DNA from: Deltaproteobacteria bacterium
GTDB taxonomy: Bacteria > Desulfobacterota_D > UBA1144 > Nemesobacterales > CSP1-2
DNA: 64,000 nucleotides
Direction of reading: 5' to 3'
NCBI GenBank assembly: GCA_052390235.1
Contig: JBQTHB010000007.1
Coordinates: 32,001 to 96,000, forward strand
Part shown: in pieces, positions 8,793 to 17,919 of the stretch
How positions within the stretch are numbered: the stretch's first letter is position 1
How the letters are laid out: each line of letters begins with the position of its first letter
Program-made: the position numbers and the translations under genes
Notes under the pieces: model-generated
The model's database searches: none
Seen by the model: the letters and a program-made list of their open reading frames with translations, nothing else
Told to the model about the DNA's origin: nothing

Positions 8793-9680
8793 TTATGAAT
8801 AATCTGGGAAACTGTAGGGGTCAACGTGAACGGTAACGTCGGCGCTTTCAACCCTATTCTCGATGTCCTGGATTATATGCTCGGCTAAGTCGTGGGATTC
8901 CACAAAGCTGAGCGCGTGGTCTAGCACGAGATGAAATTCAATAAATCTCTTCGTCCCCGACCTGCGCGTTCTCATCTTATGAAACCCTTTGACAACGGGC
9001 TTATGGTCGAGAATTATCTCCTCGATTTGCCGTATAGTTTCATCGGGCAGTTCCCTGTCCATGAGAATATCGAGAGATTCTCTAAGCACCCCCCACGAAG
9101 AGCGGATAATATATGCCGCCACGAGGAGCGAGACGACGGGGTCAATGAAATGAAGCCCGGTGAGACGGATGAGAACGAGCCCTAGGATAACGCCGAGGCT
9201 GGTGAAAACGTCTGTTCTGTAATGCAGGCTATCGGCTTTAAGGGCGACGCTCTCGGTTTTTTCTCCCACTTTTTCGAGGTATCGGGAGATTAAATACCCC
9301 GCCGCCGCCGAAAATGCCATTACGCTAATTCCAGTTTCGAGCGACTCAACGGGGCTTCCCGAAACGAGCCTCAGAGCCGAGTTGTAGATTAGATAGAGCG
9401 ACGAGAAGCTGATAATGAAACTCTGAAACAGCCCTCCCAGCCCTTCGGCTTTCCCATGTCCGAACCTGTGATCTAAGTCCGCGGGTTTTTCCGCTTTTCT
9501 GATGGATAGGTAATTCACTACCGACGCCGATAGGTCGAAGAGCGAGTCAACGGCTGAGGCATAGATGCTTATTGAATTCGTGAAGACGGCGAAAGTGGTT
9601 TTGAGGGCGATTAAAAACAGCGAACCCGCTATGGAGACTACCGAAGCCCTGAGTTTCTCGCTGCGATGAATCTTGCCGAT
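8793..9680 (-). CDS. Cation diffusion facilitator (FieF/YiiP-like); probable non-canonical ATC start
   Basis: DSLFD, HRFGHGKAE, DSLHYRTD, ESHDLAE and VHVDP motifs. CDF-like sequence continues 54 codons upstream of the first canonical start (GTG 9518). Confidence 0.88.
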   Translation of the reverse strand: MGKIHRSEKLRASVVSIAGSLFLIALKTTFAVFTNSISIYASAVDSLFDLSASVVNYLSIRKAEKPADLDHRFGHGKAEGLGGLFQSFIISFSSLYLIYNSALRLVSGSPVESLETGISVMAFSAAAGYLISRYLEKVGEKTESVALKADSLHYRTDVFTSLGVILGLVLIRLTGLHFIDPVVSLLVAAYIIRSSWGVLRESLDILMDRELPDETIRQIEEIILDHKPVVKGFHKMRTRRSGTKRFIEFHLVLDHALSFVESHDLAEHIIQDIENRVESADVTVHVDPYSFPDYS

Positions 9681-9755
9681 AGCCGCCCTCGATGGCGTGA
9701 GGCCCGCGCCGAAACTAACGCCGCTGGCGCGATTCTCACTGCAACCTCGAAATTA

Positions 9756-11045
9756 TTAAGATGCCCCGAAGATTTTCTTCACGAGCTTCTCTCTGTACTC
9801 TTCGATGTTGACATGGCGTCTCGCCGCTCCGGTCTGCATGGCGGCTTGGGCTACTGCGGTGGATTCCCACACGAATACGCGCCTGTCAAAGGGCTTCGGC
9901 ACGATATATTCGGGACCGAAATCGAATCGCTCCTGCCCGTAGAGCCGCGCTACGGACTCATCTGCCCCTTGCTTTGCTAAGCTCGCTAGGGAGTAGGCGG
10001 CGGCGACTTTCATCTCCTCGTTTATCGTCTTTGCTCGTACGTCGAGCGCGCCTCTGAATATGAATGGGAATCCGAGGACGTTGTTTATCTGGTTTGGATA
10101 ATCCGACCTTCCCGTAGCCATTATGAGGTCGCTTCTTACGGACAGGGCGTCTTCATAGGTGATTTCAGGGTCTGGATTTGCCATTGCGAACACTATAGGT
10201 TTATCCGCCATGGATTTTATCATATCTTTTGTAACCGAGCCGCCGATGGAAAGCCCGATGAAAACGTCCGAGCCTCGCATGGCGTCGGCAAGGGTCCTCT
10301 CCTTGGTCTCGATGGCGAACGACTCTTTCTGAGAGGTCATGCCGATTTGCCGCCCTTTGTAGATGACGCCTCTCGTGTCGCACATGATGATGTTCTCGCG
10401 CTTAGCCCCGAGGAGGATGTAGAACTCGGCACAGGCAATGCCAGAAGCGCCAGCCCCGTTGACGACGATTCTTATCTTGCTCATGTCTTTATCTAAGATT
10501 TCGCAGGCGTTGAGGAGTCCTGCGCCTGAGATAATAGCTGTCCCGTGCTGGTCATCGTGGAACACCGGTATGTCGAGCTGTTTTTTCAGCTCCTCTTCGA
10601 TGTAAAAACACTCTGGGGCTTTGATGTCTTCGAGGTTAATTCCGCCAAACGTAGGCTCTAGGATTTTTATGGTTTTAATTATTTCGTCGGGGTCGTGGCT
10701 GTCAAGCTCAATGTCAAATGCGTCTATATCGGCGAATCGCTTAAACAGCACGCTTTTGCCTTCCATGACGGGTTTTCCGGCAAGCGGCCCAATGTCGCCG
10801 AGTCCTAGAATTGCGGTTCCGTTGGTTACCACGGCTACCAGGTTTCCTTTCCCCGTGTATTCGTATACTAAATCCGGGTTTTTTTCGATTTCCCTACACG
10901 GTTCAGCCACTCCGGGTGTGTAGGCCAAAGAGAGGTCTGCTTGCGTTGCGCAGGGCTTAGTCGAGACTAAGCCGATTTTCCCTTTCGGCTCTCTACTGTG
11001 ATATTCTAGGGCTGGTCTGTTGTTGCTCATTATATTTTTCTCCAT
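9756..11045 (-). CDS. NAD(P)-dependent malic enzyme (MaeB-like ME domain only)
   Basis: [34 protein letters not shown] and GRSDYPNQ motifs. Confidence 0.95.
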   Translation of the reverse strand: MEKNIMSNNRPALEYHSREPKGKIGLVSTKPCATQADLSLAYTPGVAEPCREIEKNPDLVYEYTGKGNLVAVVTNGTAILGLGDIGPLAGKPVMEGKSVLFKRFADIDAFDIELDSHDPDEIIKTIKILEPTFGGINLEDIKAPECFYIEEELKKQLDIPVFHDDQHGTAIISGAGLLNACEILDKDMSKIRIVVNGAGASGIACAEFYILLGAKRENIIMCDTRGVIYKGRQIGMTSQKESFAIETKERTLADAMRGSDVFIGLSIGGSVTKDMIKSMADKPIVFAMANPDPEITYEDALSVRSDLIMATGRSDYPNQINNVLGFPFIFRGALDVRAKTINEEMKVAAAYSLASLAKQGADESVARLYGQERFDFGPEYIVPKPFDRRVFVWESTAVAQAAMQTGAARRHVNIEEYREKLVKKIFGAS

Positions 11046-11108
11046 TGGTAAACGACTATTGTGCTTTGGGCTATGTTAACGGGTTGTAAGGCGGAGTTTT
11101 TCGGGGTG

Positions 11109-11330
11109 TTAGTGTTTAGCGCTGCAGCCGCAGCCTACAGGCGAGCATCCGCACCCAGAGCCTACTGAGGCGTTATCGGCAATGGAGACTTTTTTAAAAC
11201 CGAATGTAGAAAACAGTTTTTCCAATTTTACGCTCCCGCACTCAGGACAGTTGACCTCATCGTCCGAGCTTAGGACAAGCGCATCAAAACCCTTCTGGCA
11301 ATCGCTACATCTGTATTCGTAGAGTGGCAT
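11109..11330 (-). CDS. FmdB-family zinc-ribbon protein
   Basis: MPLYEYRCSDC...CPECGS...KLFSTF with a Cys/Gly tail. AAGGAGG SD before ATG 11330. Confidence 0.88.
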   Translation of the reverse strand: MPLYEYRCSDCQKGFDALVLSSDDEVNCPECGSVKLEKLFSTFGFKKVSIADNASVGSGCGCSPVGCGCSAKH

Positions 11331-11477
11331 TTCAGTCCTAATCCTCCTTGGCATATCAAGGCTCAATCATACCTGATAGGAGGAATTCGCGCAATATCGG
11401 CTGAGGGCTAAAAAGTCCCTCCCCCCCCTGATACTCGCATAAAATTATATCACCGGATGCGGTTTTGGGGGATTCCA

Positions 11478-12965
11478 CTAGAAGCGCGCCTGAAAGTCGA
11501 GGATGAGGCTCGCTCTGGCAATATCCGCGCTTTCTCCTGCTATGGGGATTTGAACCGCAAGCCCTGCGCCGTACTTCTCGCCGAATTTGACCCCTGGGGT
11601 GATGAATAAATCCGTCTTTTTAATATCGCTCGCCGTGGGAGAGGTATATCCGTCGAGTTCTATAAAAGCTATCGGCGAAAAGGGCAGATTGGGTCTGAAC
11701 CCGAGGGCGGCGGCGTATTTTAGGCGCGCCTCAAAATTGTCCCCTTCGATTTTATTCGCGTCCAATATGGAATCCACCCCGACGCTTGCCTGAAAATCGA
11801 GCGCACCACTCTGAGCCGCCGCTGAAACGTAGGGCGTAAGGGTCAGCGCCCCCGGCAGGTAGAGCGGCACATCCCGCCTGTAGCGGACGATGGTTTTGAG
11901 CCTATCTCGGTTGTCTTTAAATCCGGTGGGAGGGGTGATTTCAAACCCACCGGCTAGGATAAATCCCTCGGACTCGCGCGCCACTGCCTTGCCTCCGATG
12001 CGGATATTGCCGAATTCAAAGCCATCGCCGAGATTGCGCTCTCCCACCCGGACGTTATTCACGCCGCCGTAGGGAACCTCGATGTAAACGCCGCGCAAGC
12101 CGTCTTCCGACGGGAAATCAAATCTCAGCGAATAGAGAATGAACTCTCCTCCGCCGAGTTCGTCGCCGAGATTTACGACCTCAAAATTGCCGGCGAACCC
12201 TCCGAGCGGCAGAGGGGATTCAAAAAACACAGGGTAGCTCAGCGCAATGGCTTTGGATTTAGCTGAATTCGTCGCAAATTCCCCTTTGAAGGCAAAAGTT
12301 CCCGCAACTGGGTTTATTAAGCCGATGTTCCCATTCTCGATGAAAAGCCTAGTCGGGTTTACTAGATAAGCCGCCGTCCTTGCAATTGGGTTTTCTCTTT
12401 TGATGAGCCACGCAGAGAGGTTCTCAAGCCCGATTCCAAGTGGGACACCGATTCCCGGCGTGAAGAGTAAATCCGGCGCAGAGGGACGCTCTACTAGACC
12501 CTCAACGGTGTATTCAAATAGCGCGCTTTGAACGAATGACCCTAGAGCCGATGCCAATATGCCGTGTCCCCTAGCCCTGTAGAATAGGTAGTATTCCGCC
12601 CCGAAGAGGGGATGAAACACGAAATTCGTCTCGAATCCGTCGCCGTCGTCGAATTCGGGCAGTTTCGTGAAGTTATCAAAAAATTGAGAAAGCGAGGCGT
12701 CGAAAATTCTGTCGTTCTTGAGGCGGACGTAGAAGAGTCTGCCCCCCCAGATGAAGCCGTAGTGGATTGCGGTGTCAGTTAGAAATTTTTTGTATCCGGT
12801 GCTGTCGTCGGATTTCTCCCGAAATGTCTCCGGGGATTCGCCCTGCGCCGCTTGGGCTTGGACGCTCCCTGCTGATTTGTCCCACTCAGCCGATGCGCCG
12901 GATTTGGGGTTCAATGCGGCTAGAGATATTATTGCGGCAATTGAGATTAAAGCGACTCTTCTCAC
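11478..12965 (-). CDS. DUF3943-like domain protein with a probable C-terminal outer-membrane beta-barrel
   Basis: Signal peptide, DGDGFETNFVFHPLFG.EYY...FEYTVE.LVERPS..DL, amphipathic beta strands and a C-terminal Phe. Confidence 0.65.
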   Translation of the reverse strand: MRRVALISIAAIISLAALNPKSGASAEWDKSAGSVQAQAAQGESPETFREKSDDSTGYKKFLTDTAIHYGFIWGGRLFYVRLKNDRIFDASLSQFFDNFTKLPEFDDGDGFETNFVFHPLFGAEYYLFYRARGHGILASALGSFVQSALFEYTVEGLVERPSAPDLLFTPGIGVPLGIGLENLSAWLIKRENPIARTAAYLVNPTRLFIENGNIGLINPVAGTFAFKGEFATNSAKSKAIALSYPVFFESPLPLGGFAGNFEVVNLGDELGGGEFILYSLRFDFPSEDGLRGVYIEVPYGGVNNVRVGERNLGDGFEFGNIRIGGKAVARESEGFILAGGFEITPPTGFKDNRDRLKTIVRYRRDVPLYLPGALTLTPYVSAAAQSGALDFQASVGVDSILDANKIEGDNFEARLKYAAALGFRPNLPFSPIAFIELDGYTSPTASDIKKTDLFITPGVKFGEKYGAGLAVQIPIAGESADIARASLILDFQARF

Positions 12966-13053
12966 GGTGTCGGTCTCTCCGGTGTAAGCGTATATTTGAT
13001 TTCAAATAACATTCTATAAAGAAAAATCCAAAAAATACATAAATATTTTTGAT

Positions 13054-14205
13054 TTAAAGCCCGCACAGTATTTTTTTCACCCTTTGCTCCCAAGTATATT
13101 GGGCAACTTCCCGGCGCGCTCTGCCTGCCAGCTTCTCTGCGAGGTCAGGATTGCCAAGCGCGGATTCTATCCCCTCTAAAAGCGCGTCTCTGCTGTCCGG
13201 GGCGACTAGTATCGCATTCTTTCCGTCTTCGAGTATCTCCCCTAGCGAAGGGATACTCGTCGCAACTATCGGACGGCGAGCCGCCATGTACTCGAACAGC
13301 TTTATGGGCGATGTGAAATCCGCCGCCGCCGTGCCGCCTTTTATGGTCATGGCTGAGGTGTAGGGCATAACAAGCGCGTCTGAGGCGGCTAGGTACAAAG
13401 GAACGCTCTTATGAGGCACAAAGCCGGTCAGAATAAAATTCGCCGCCCCCAGGGACTCCGCCAATTTTCTATATTTTTGATTGTCTGCCTCTAGCCCGCC
13501 CACGACTAGGAAGAGCGCGTCTCTCATCTCGGCGGCGATGGCGGCGAGCGTCTCGATGCCGCGCCCCTGGTAAGTGTTGCCGGCGTAGCAAACGATTTTT
13601 TTATCATTAGGGAGTCCGAGAGCGGCCCTTGCACTCTCCTTTTCGGGGAGATTGTCAAATTTATCCAAATCCACACCGTTGGGGGCTACGACGAGCTTTT
13701 CTCTCGGCAGTCCGAGGGATAGATAGATAGCTCCAAGCCCCGCCGAATTTGTCGTGAATCTGACGAGATATTTTGAGTCTTTAAACGAATCGAATAGAAA
13801 CCGCGCCGCCCGGTTTACGAGCGGGTGATGAGCGTCGTAAACTGTCGGGACTTGCAGGAATACTGCCGCCAAGTAGGCAAAGACGATATTTCTCGTAACG
13901 GCGAGGTCGAAGGTTCCCCTGCCCATGAGAGTTGCCAAAGCCGCCGCCGCCCCGTGAGCGATATGCCTTGCCACAGGGGAGCGGGGGAGCGTGCTGATTT
14001 GGAAATCGGGCAGTACCCCGTAGTATTCAAATGGGTTTTCCCTCTCGTCGTAGGATGGAATAACGAGCCGCGCCCTAATCCCAAGCCTCGACATCGCTTG
14101 ACACATCTTCATAACGTGAATCGCGCTCGCCCCGCCTGAAAAAAGCGGCGGGCTTGCGACATAGAGAATTCTGCGGGGCAACTTTGGCTCTGTATCATCC
14201 GGCAT
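13054..14205 (-). CDS. Glycosyltransferase family 4
   Basis: PNGVD, GFVPH and SPIKLFEYMAARRPIVAT motifs. Confidence 0.92.
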   Translation of the reverse strand: MPDDTEPKLPRRILYVASPPLFSGGASAIHVMKMCQAMSRLGIRARLVIPSYDERENPFEYYGVLPDFQISTLPRSPVARHIAHGAAAALATLMGRGTFDLAVTRNIVFAYLAAVFLQVPTVYDAHHPLVNRAARFLFDSFKDSKYLVRFTTNSAGLGAIYLSLGLPREKLVVAPNGVDLDKFDNLPEKESARAALGLPNDKKIVCYAGNTYQGRGIETLAAIAAEMRDALFLVVGGLEADNQKYRKLAESLGAANFILTGFVPHKSVPLYLAASDALVMPYTSAMTIKGGTAAADFTSPIKLFEYMAARRPIVATSIPSLGEILEDGKNAILVAPDSRDALLEGIESALGNPDLAEKLAGRARREVAQYTWEQRVKKILCGL

Positions 14206-14356
14206 CGGTCAATAACATACCTAAAGCGCAGGGGGAAATTAATTTGACAACTAAACCCGGCTTGCTTTATCCTTCAGCGCTCATGACGGCGGAATATGCC
14301 GTTTAACTCAAAATTCACCGCCGGGGAAATCCCGCAAATCGCCGAGGTCAAAAATC

Positions 14357-14836
14357 ATGCTGGAAACATATTTTATTAGAGACGCCACAAGCTACGCAGA
14401 CGCAGAATTGAATGCAATGCAAGGGGCTTTCGCCAAGAACTTCATACTCTTTGAAAACCCCGAATTAGGAACTCATCAAAATCCTCTAGCCCCGGAGATT
14501 AAAATCCACATAAAACTCCTCATGGGACTCCTCCCAGAGCAGCTGTTTAATCATCTCGGCGAAGACCTCGCCCTTTCAATTGACGATAGCTTCATCGCCG
14601 CTTTCAATAAGCCGCGCGCAACTGCAGGGGGGATGCCCTCGTTGGTTTTTGAATTCGTGGGGCATATCGTGTGCTTCCGCCTTCGTATCGCTTCTCCGGA
14701 CGGGACGACGCTTAAAGCCGGCGCAAAGGCGATGATGGAGAAAATCCTCGACACCCTCGATGCGCAGGAACTGTCGTCGAGTCCTCAGGAGACTAAAAAA
14801 TTCTCGTTTGAATACGAAAACGGCGAGTGGAGATGA
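14357..14836 (+). CDS. Hypothetical protein upstream of hisS
   Basis: 159-aa ORF with a GAGG SD and a TTGACA-type promoter upstream. No recognised motif. Confidence 0.65.
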   Translation: MLETYFIRDATSYADAELNAMQGAFAKNFILFENPELGTHQNPLAPEIKIHIKLLMGLLPEQLFNHLGEDLALSIDDSFIAAFNKPRATAGGMPSLVFEFVGHIVCFRLRIASPDGTTLKAGAKAMMEKILDTLDAQELSSSPQETKKFSFEYENGEWR

Positions 14837-14894
14837 AATACGGCTCGAATTCCGTTTATAACCGAGTCGGGGCGGAATCCTAAGAGGGGCGAAA

Positions 14895-16160
14895 ATGACG
14901 GAGATTAGGTCAATACGGGGCTTTAACGACATTCTGCCGGACAGAATAAAGCGCTGGCACTTCATCGAGGAGCGGGCGAGGACGATATTTGAACTCTACG
15001 GCTTCGGCGAAATAAGGCTTCCCGTGCTGGAATTCACCGAGGTTTTCACCCGAGGCGTCGGGGCGGCTACGGACATAGTCGAAAAGGAGATGTACACGTT
15101 CACCGACAGGGACGGCTCGTCCATCGCGCTGCGTCCCGAAGGAACTGCCGGAGTGGTCAGGGCTTATATTGAGAACTCCCTCTACGCCGCGTCTCCCATA
15201 GCGAAACTCTATTATTCCGGGATGATGTTTCGCCACGAGAGGCCGCAAAAGGGCCGCTACCGCGGGTTTTATCAAATTGGGGCTGAGGTGTTCGGAGCGA
15301 GGGACTCCCTTTCAGACGCTGAGCTGATAGTGATGCTGTGGCGGTTTTTCGAGGCTATCGGAGTGATGCAGTTCCTAAAGCTCGAAATTAGCTCAATTGG
15401 GGATGAGTCCTGCCGCCCGGCTTATCAGCAAAAGCTCATAGAATTTTTCGCCCCGAAAGCGGATTTGCTCTGCGAGGACTGCCGAAAACGCCTCGGCGCA
15501 AACCCCCTTAGAATCCTCGACTGCAAGAGGGAGCAGTGCCGCCATGCCGCCGCCGATGCCCCCTCGATTCTCGATAATCTGGACGAGCGCTGCCTCCAGC
15601 ACTTCGAGGGCATCAAGACCGCGCTAACCTCGCTAAATATTCCTTTCGTTGTGAATCCCCGAATCGTGCGCGGGCTTGATTACTATACGAGAACCGTGTT
15701 TGAGTTTACTACCGAGGAGTTAGGCTCTCAAAACGCCGTTGGCGCCGGGGGGAGATACGATGGGCTTGTCGGCGAGCTTGGAGGGCCACAGACTCCGGCA
15801 GTGGGGTTTGCCGTGGGTATGGAGAGGATTGCTCTCCTGCACGAGAAGGCGCGCGCCGAGGGATTCGCCAAAGAAGCCGACGTTTTCATTGCACACATCG
15901 GCGGCGCGGCGAAAGACACTGCATTCACCCTCGCCTATGAGCTTCGCAAACAGGGCGTGTACGTTGACGTTGACTACGAGGGCAAGAGTCTTAAGAGTCA
16001 GCTTAAGCGCGCCGATAAACTCGGGGTTAAGTATGCGATAATCATCGGCGATGACGAAATATCGCGGGGATTGGCAAAGGTGCGCGATATGAGGTCTGGG
16101 ATGGAGGAAGAGTTGTCCCTAGCCGCTGTGAAGATGCTCCCTATCAGGTTCAGAATTTAG
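14895..16160 (+). CDS. hisS: Histidine--tRNA ligase
   Basis: KEMYTF, LRPEGTA, FRHERPQKGRYR, VRGLDYY and GGRYDGL motifs. Confidence 0.98.
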   Translation: MTEIRSIRGFNDILPDRIKRWHFIEERARTIFELYGFGEIRLPVLEFTEVFTRGVGAATDIVEKEMYTFTDRDGSSIALRPEGTAGVVRAYIENSLYAASPIAKLYYSGMMFRHERPQKGRYRGFYQIGAEVFGARDSLSDAELIVMLWRFFEAIGVMQFLKLEISSIGDESCRPAYQQKLIEFFAPKADLLCEDCRKRLGANPLRILDCKREQCRHAAADAPSILDNLDERCLQHFEGIKTALTSLNIPFVVNPRIVRGLDYYTRTVFEFTTEELGSQNAVGAGGRYDGLVGELGGPQTPAVGFAVGMERIALLHEKARAEGFAKEADVFIAHIGGAAKDTAFTLAYELRKQGVYVDVDYEGKSLKSQLKRADKLGVKYAIIIGDDEISRGLAKVRDMRSGMEEELSLAAVKMLPIRFRI

Positions 16161-16465
16161 CCCGCCAGTGGGATTATGGGCGACAGTATTGCGATTTTCT
16201 CCGATGCGCTGGAGGATAGGATTTCTCCCCTAAATAGAGCTGGCTCAGGCTCGAAAAATTATAAATAATCCCCCCGCCGCCTAGCTTATCGAATGACGAA
16301 ATAACGCGCTCCATAGCCTATCTGTAAATCCGAAACCCCTTGGGGATTTTCCTTGACATCGTCGCCGCTAATAGAATAGAATAGAATTTGAATTGAAGCC
16401 GCCCCCTCCCAGAGGGCGCGGCAGTTTATTCAATTCAAAATACGGTTTAAGAGAGGTCAGGAGCG

Positions 16466-17905
16466 ATGATAAAATTCAAAAACCGATTCCAGCCGATTCG
16501 TATGGCTATGCCTGTTGCCTCGATATTGTTCTTATTTATGGCTATGGCAGTTCCAGCGGAGGCTCAGGCGACCCCTGAGGATTCATACCAAGGCGCGCTT
16601 TTCGGCGCGGGGCAGATTTGTCCGAGGCTAAACGGCATTCCGATGTCGAGCCGCACCGTCGGCACGCAGGAATTAATTAATCGTTGCAACGAACTCGCTT
16701 CATCTCAGGACAGCCTAGCGCTTCGCCAAATCTCACCTGAGGAGATAGCCGCGCAAGGCACGAATTCCGTTGAATTCACTAGGGCGGCTATCGGGGCGCG
16801 CATTGCGGCACTCCGGCTTGGAGTGAAGGGAGTGGCTCTCAATATTGACGACCTGTCCCTGCCGAATGCCTCTGCGGTTGCTTTTAATTCAGACTCAGGC
16901 GCAGTTGCCGACGCCCGATTCGCAAATTCCCTCACGCTTGGACTCGTAAATCAAACCCTTTCTGAGGTGTCCGATTTGGGGAGACTCGGCGTGTTTCTCA
17001 ACGGGGAGTTTAATTTCGGCGATAAGGACGCGACCTCCAGAGAGTCCGGCTTTGATTTCAATAACTACGCCGCCACCGCAGGCCTCGACTACAGGTTCAG
17101 CGATAATTTCTTCCTCGGCGCCGCTCTCAGATTCGCCCGCACGGATATTGACAACGACGACACGGCGACAATTTCAGGCGGAAACACGGTTTTAGCCGAC
17201 GGCGGAGGGCTGGATATCAACTCCTACAGCGTCTCGATTTACGGGAGCTATTATCTGAGCAACTTCTACGTTGACGGCATCGCCACCGTGGGACTTCTCG
17301 ACTACGACATCGAGCGAAACATCAGCTACAACGTCGGCACGCCGGTTGCCGTAACCCCTGAGAGCGACACCGACGGCACGCAGCTCTCGTTCAGCCTCGG
17401 CGGGGGATATGATTTCAGCGTTGGCGCGCTGACCGCGGGGCCCCTAGTTCAGGCAAATTACACCCGCCTCGACATTGACGGCTACGGCGAGGACGATTTG
17501 ACGTGCCAGACAAACGACGCCGGAGGGGTAATTAATCCCGGATGCGGCTGGGCGCTTCGGTTCGAGAGCCAGGACGTTGACTCTCTAACCCTCGTCTCGG
17601 GCGGGCAGGCTTCGTACTCCCTCAGCACTCCTCTGGGGGTGTTTCTCCCGCAGGCGCGCTTTGAGTGGGTGCATGAGTTCCTGGACGACGCCAGAGACAT
17701 TACGGCGAGCTTCGTCAATGACCCCAACGGGCAGGATATTACAATCAGAACGGACAACCCCGACAGGGACTATTTCAACCTAGGCGGGGGAATCTCGGCG
17801 ACTCTCCCTTACGGAATCTCATCGTTTATCTACTATGAGACGGTTCTCGGATTGGAAAACATAACGGCTCACAGCATTGTAGGGGGAATTAGAATAGAGC
17901 TGTAG
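16466..17905 (+). CDS. Autotransporter beta-barrel domain protein with a very short passenger
   Basis: Signal peptide, helical linker (ISPEEIAAQG...IGARIAALR), then barrel strands (GLDYRFSD, YGSYY, GGGYDF, WVHEF). Confidence 0.88.
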   Translation: MIKFKNRFQPIRMAMPVASILFLFMAMAVPAEAQATPEDSYQGALFGAGQICPRLNGIPMSSRTVGTQELINRCNELASSQDSLALRQISPEEIAAQGTNSVEFTRAAIGARIAALRLGVKGVALNIDDLSLPNASAVAFNSDSGAVADARFANSLTLGLVNQTLSEVSDLGRLGVFLNGEFNFGDKDATSRESGFDFNNYAATAGLDYRFSDNFFLGAALRFARTDIDNDDTATISGGNTVLADGGGLDINSYSVSIYGSYYLSNFYVDGIATVGLLDYDIERNISYNVGTPVAVTPESDTDGTQLSFSLGGGYDFSVGALTAGPLVQANYTRLDIDGYGEDDLTCQTNDAGGVINPGCGWALRFESQDVDSLTLVSGGQASYSLSTPLGVFLPQARFEWVHEFLDDARDITASFVNDPNGQDITIRTDNPDRDYFNLGGGISATLPYGISSFIYYETVLGLENITAHSIVGGIRIEL

Positions 17906-17919
17906 CTAAGCGAGGATTT

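Noticed and set aside
16370..16387. (AATAG)3 repeat forming the -10 region of the autotransporter promoter, as a phase-variation tract
   Set aside because: Three units are too few for meaningful slippage.
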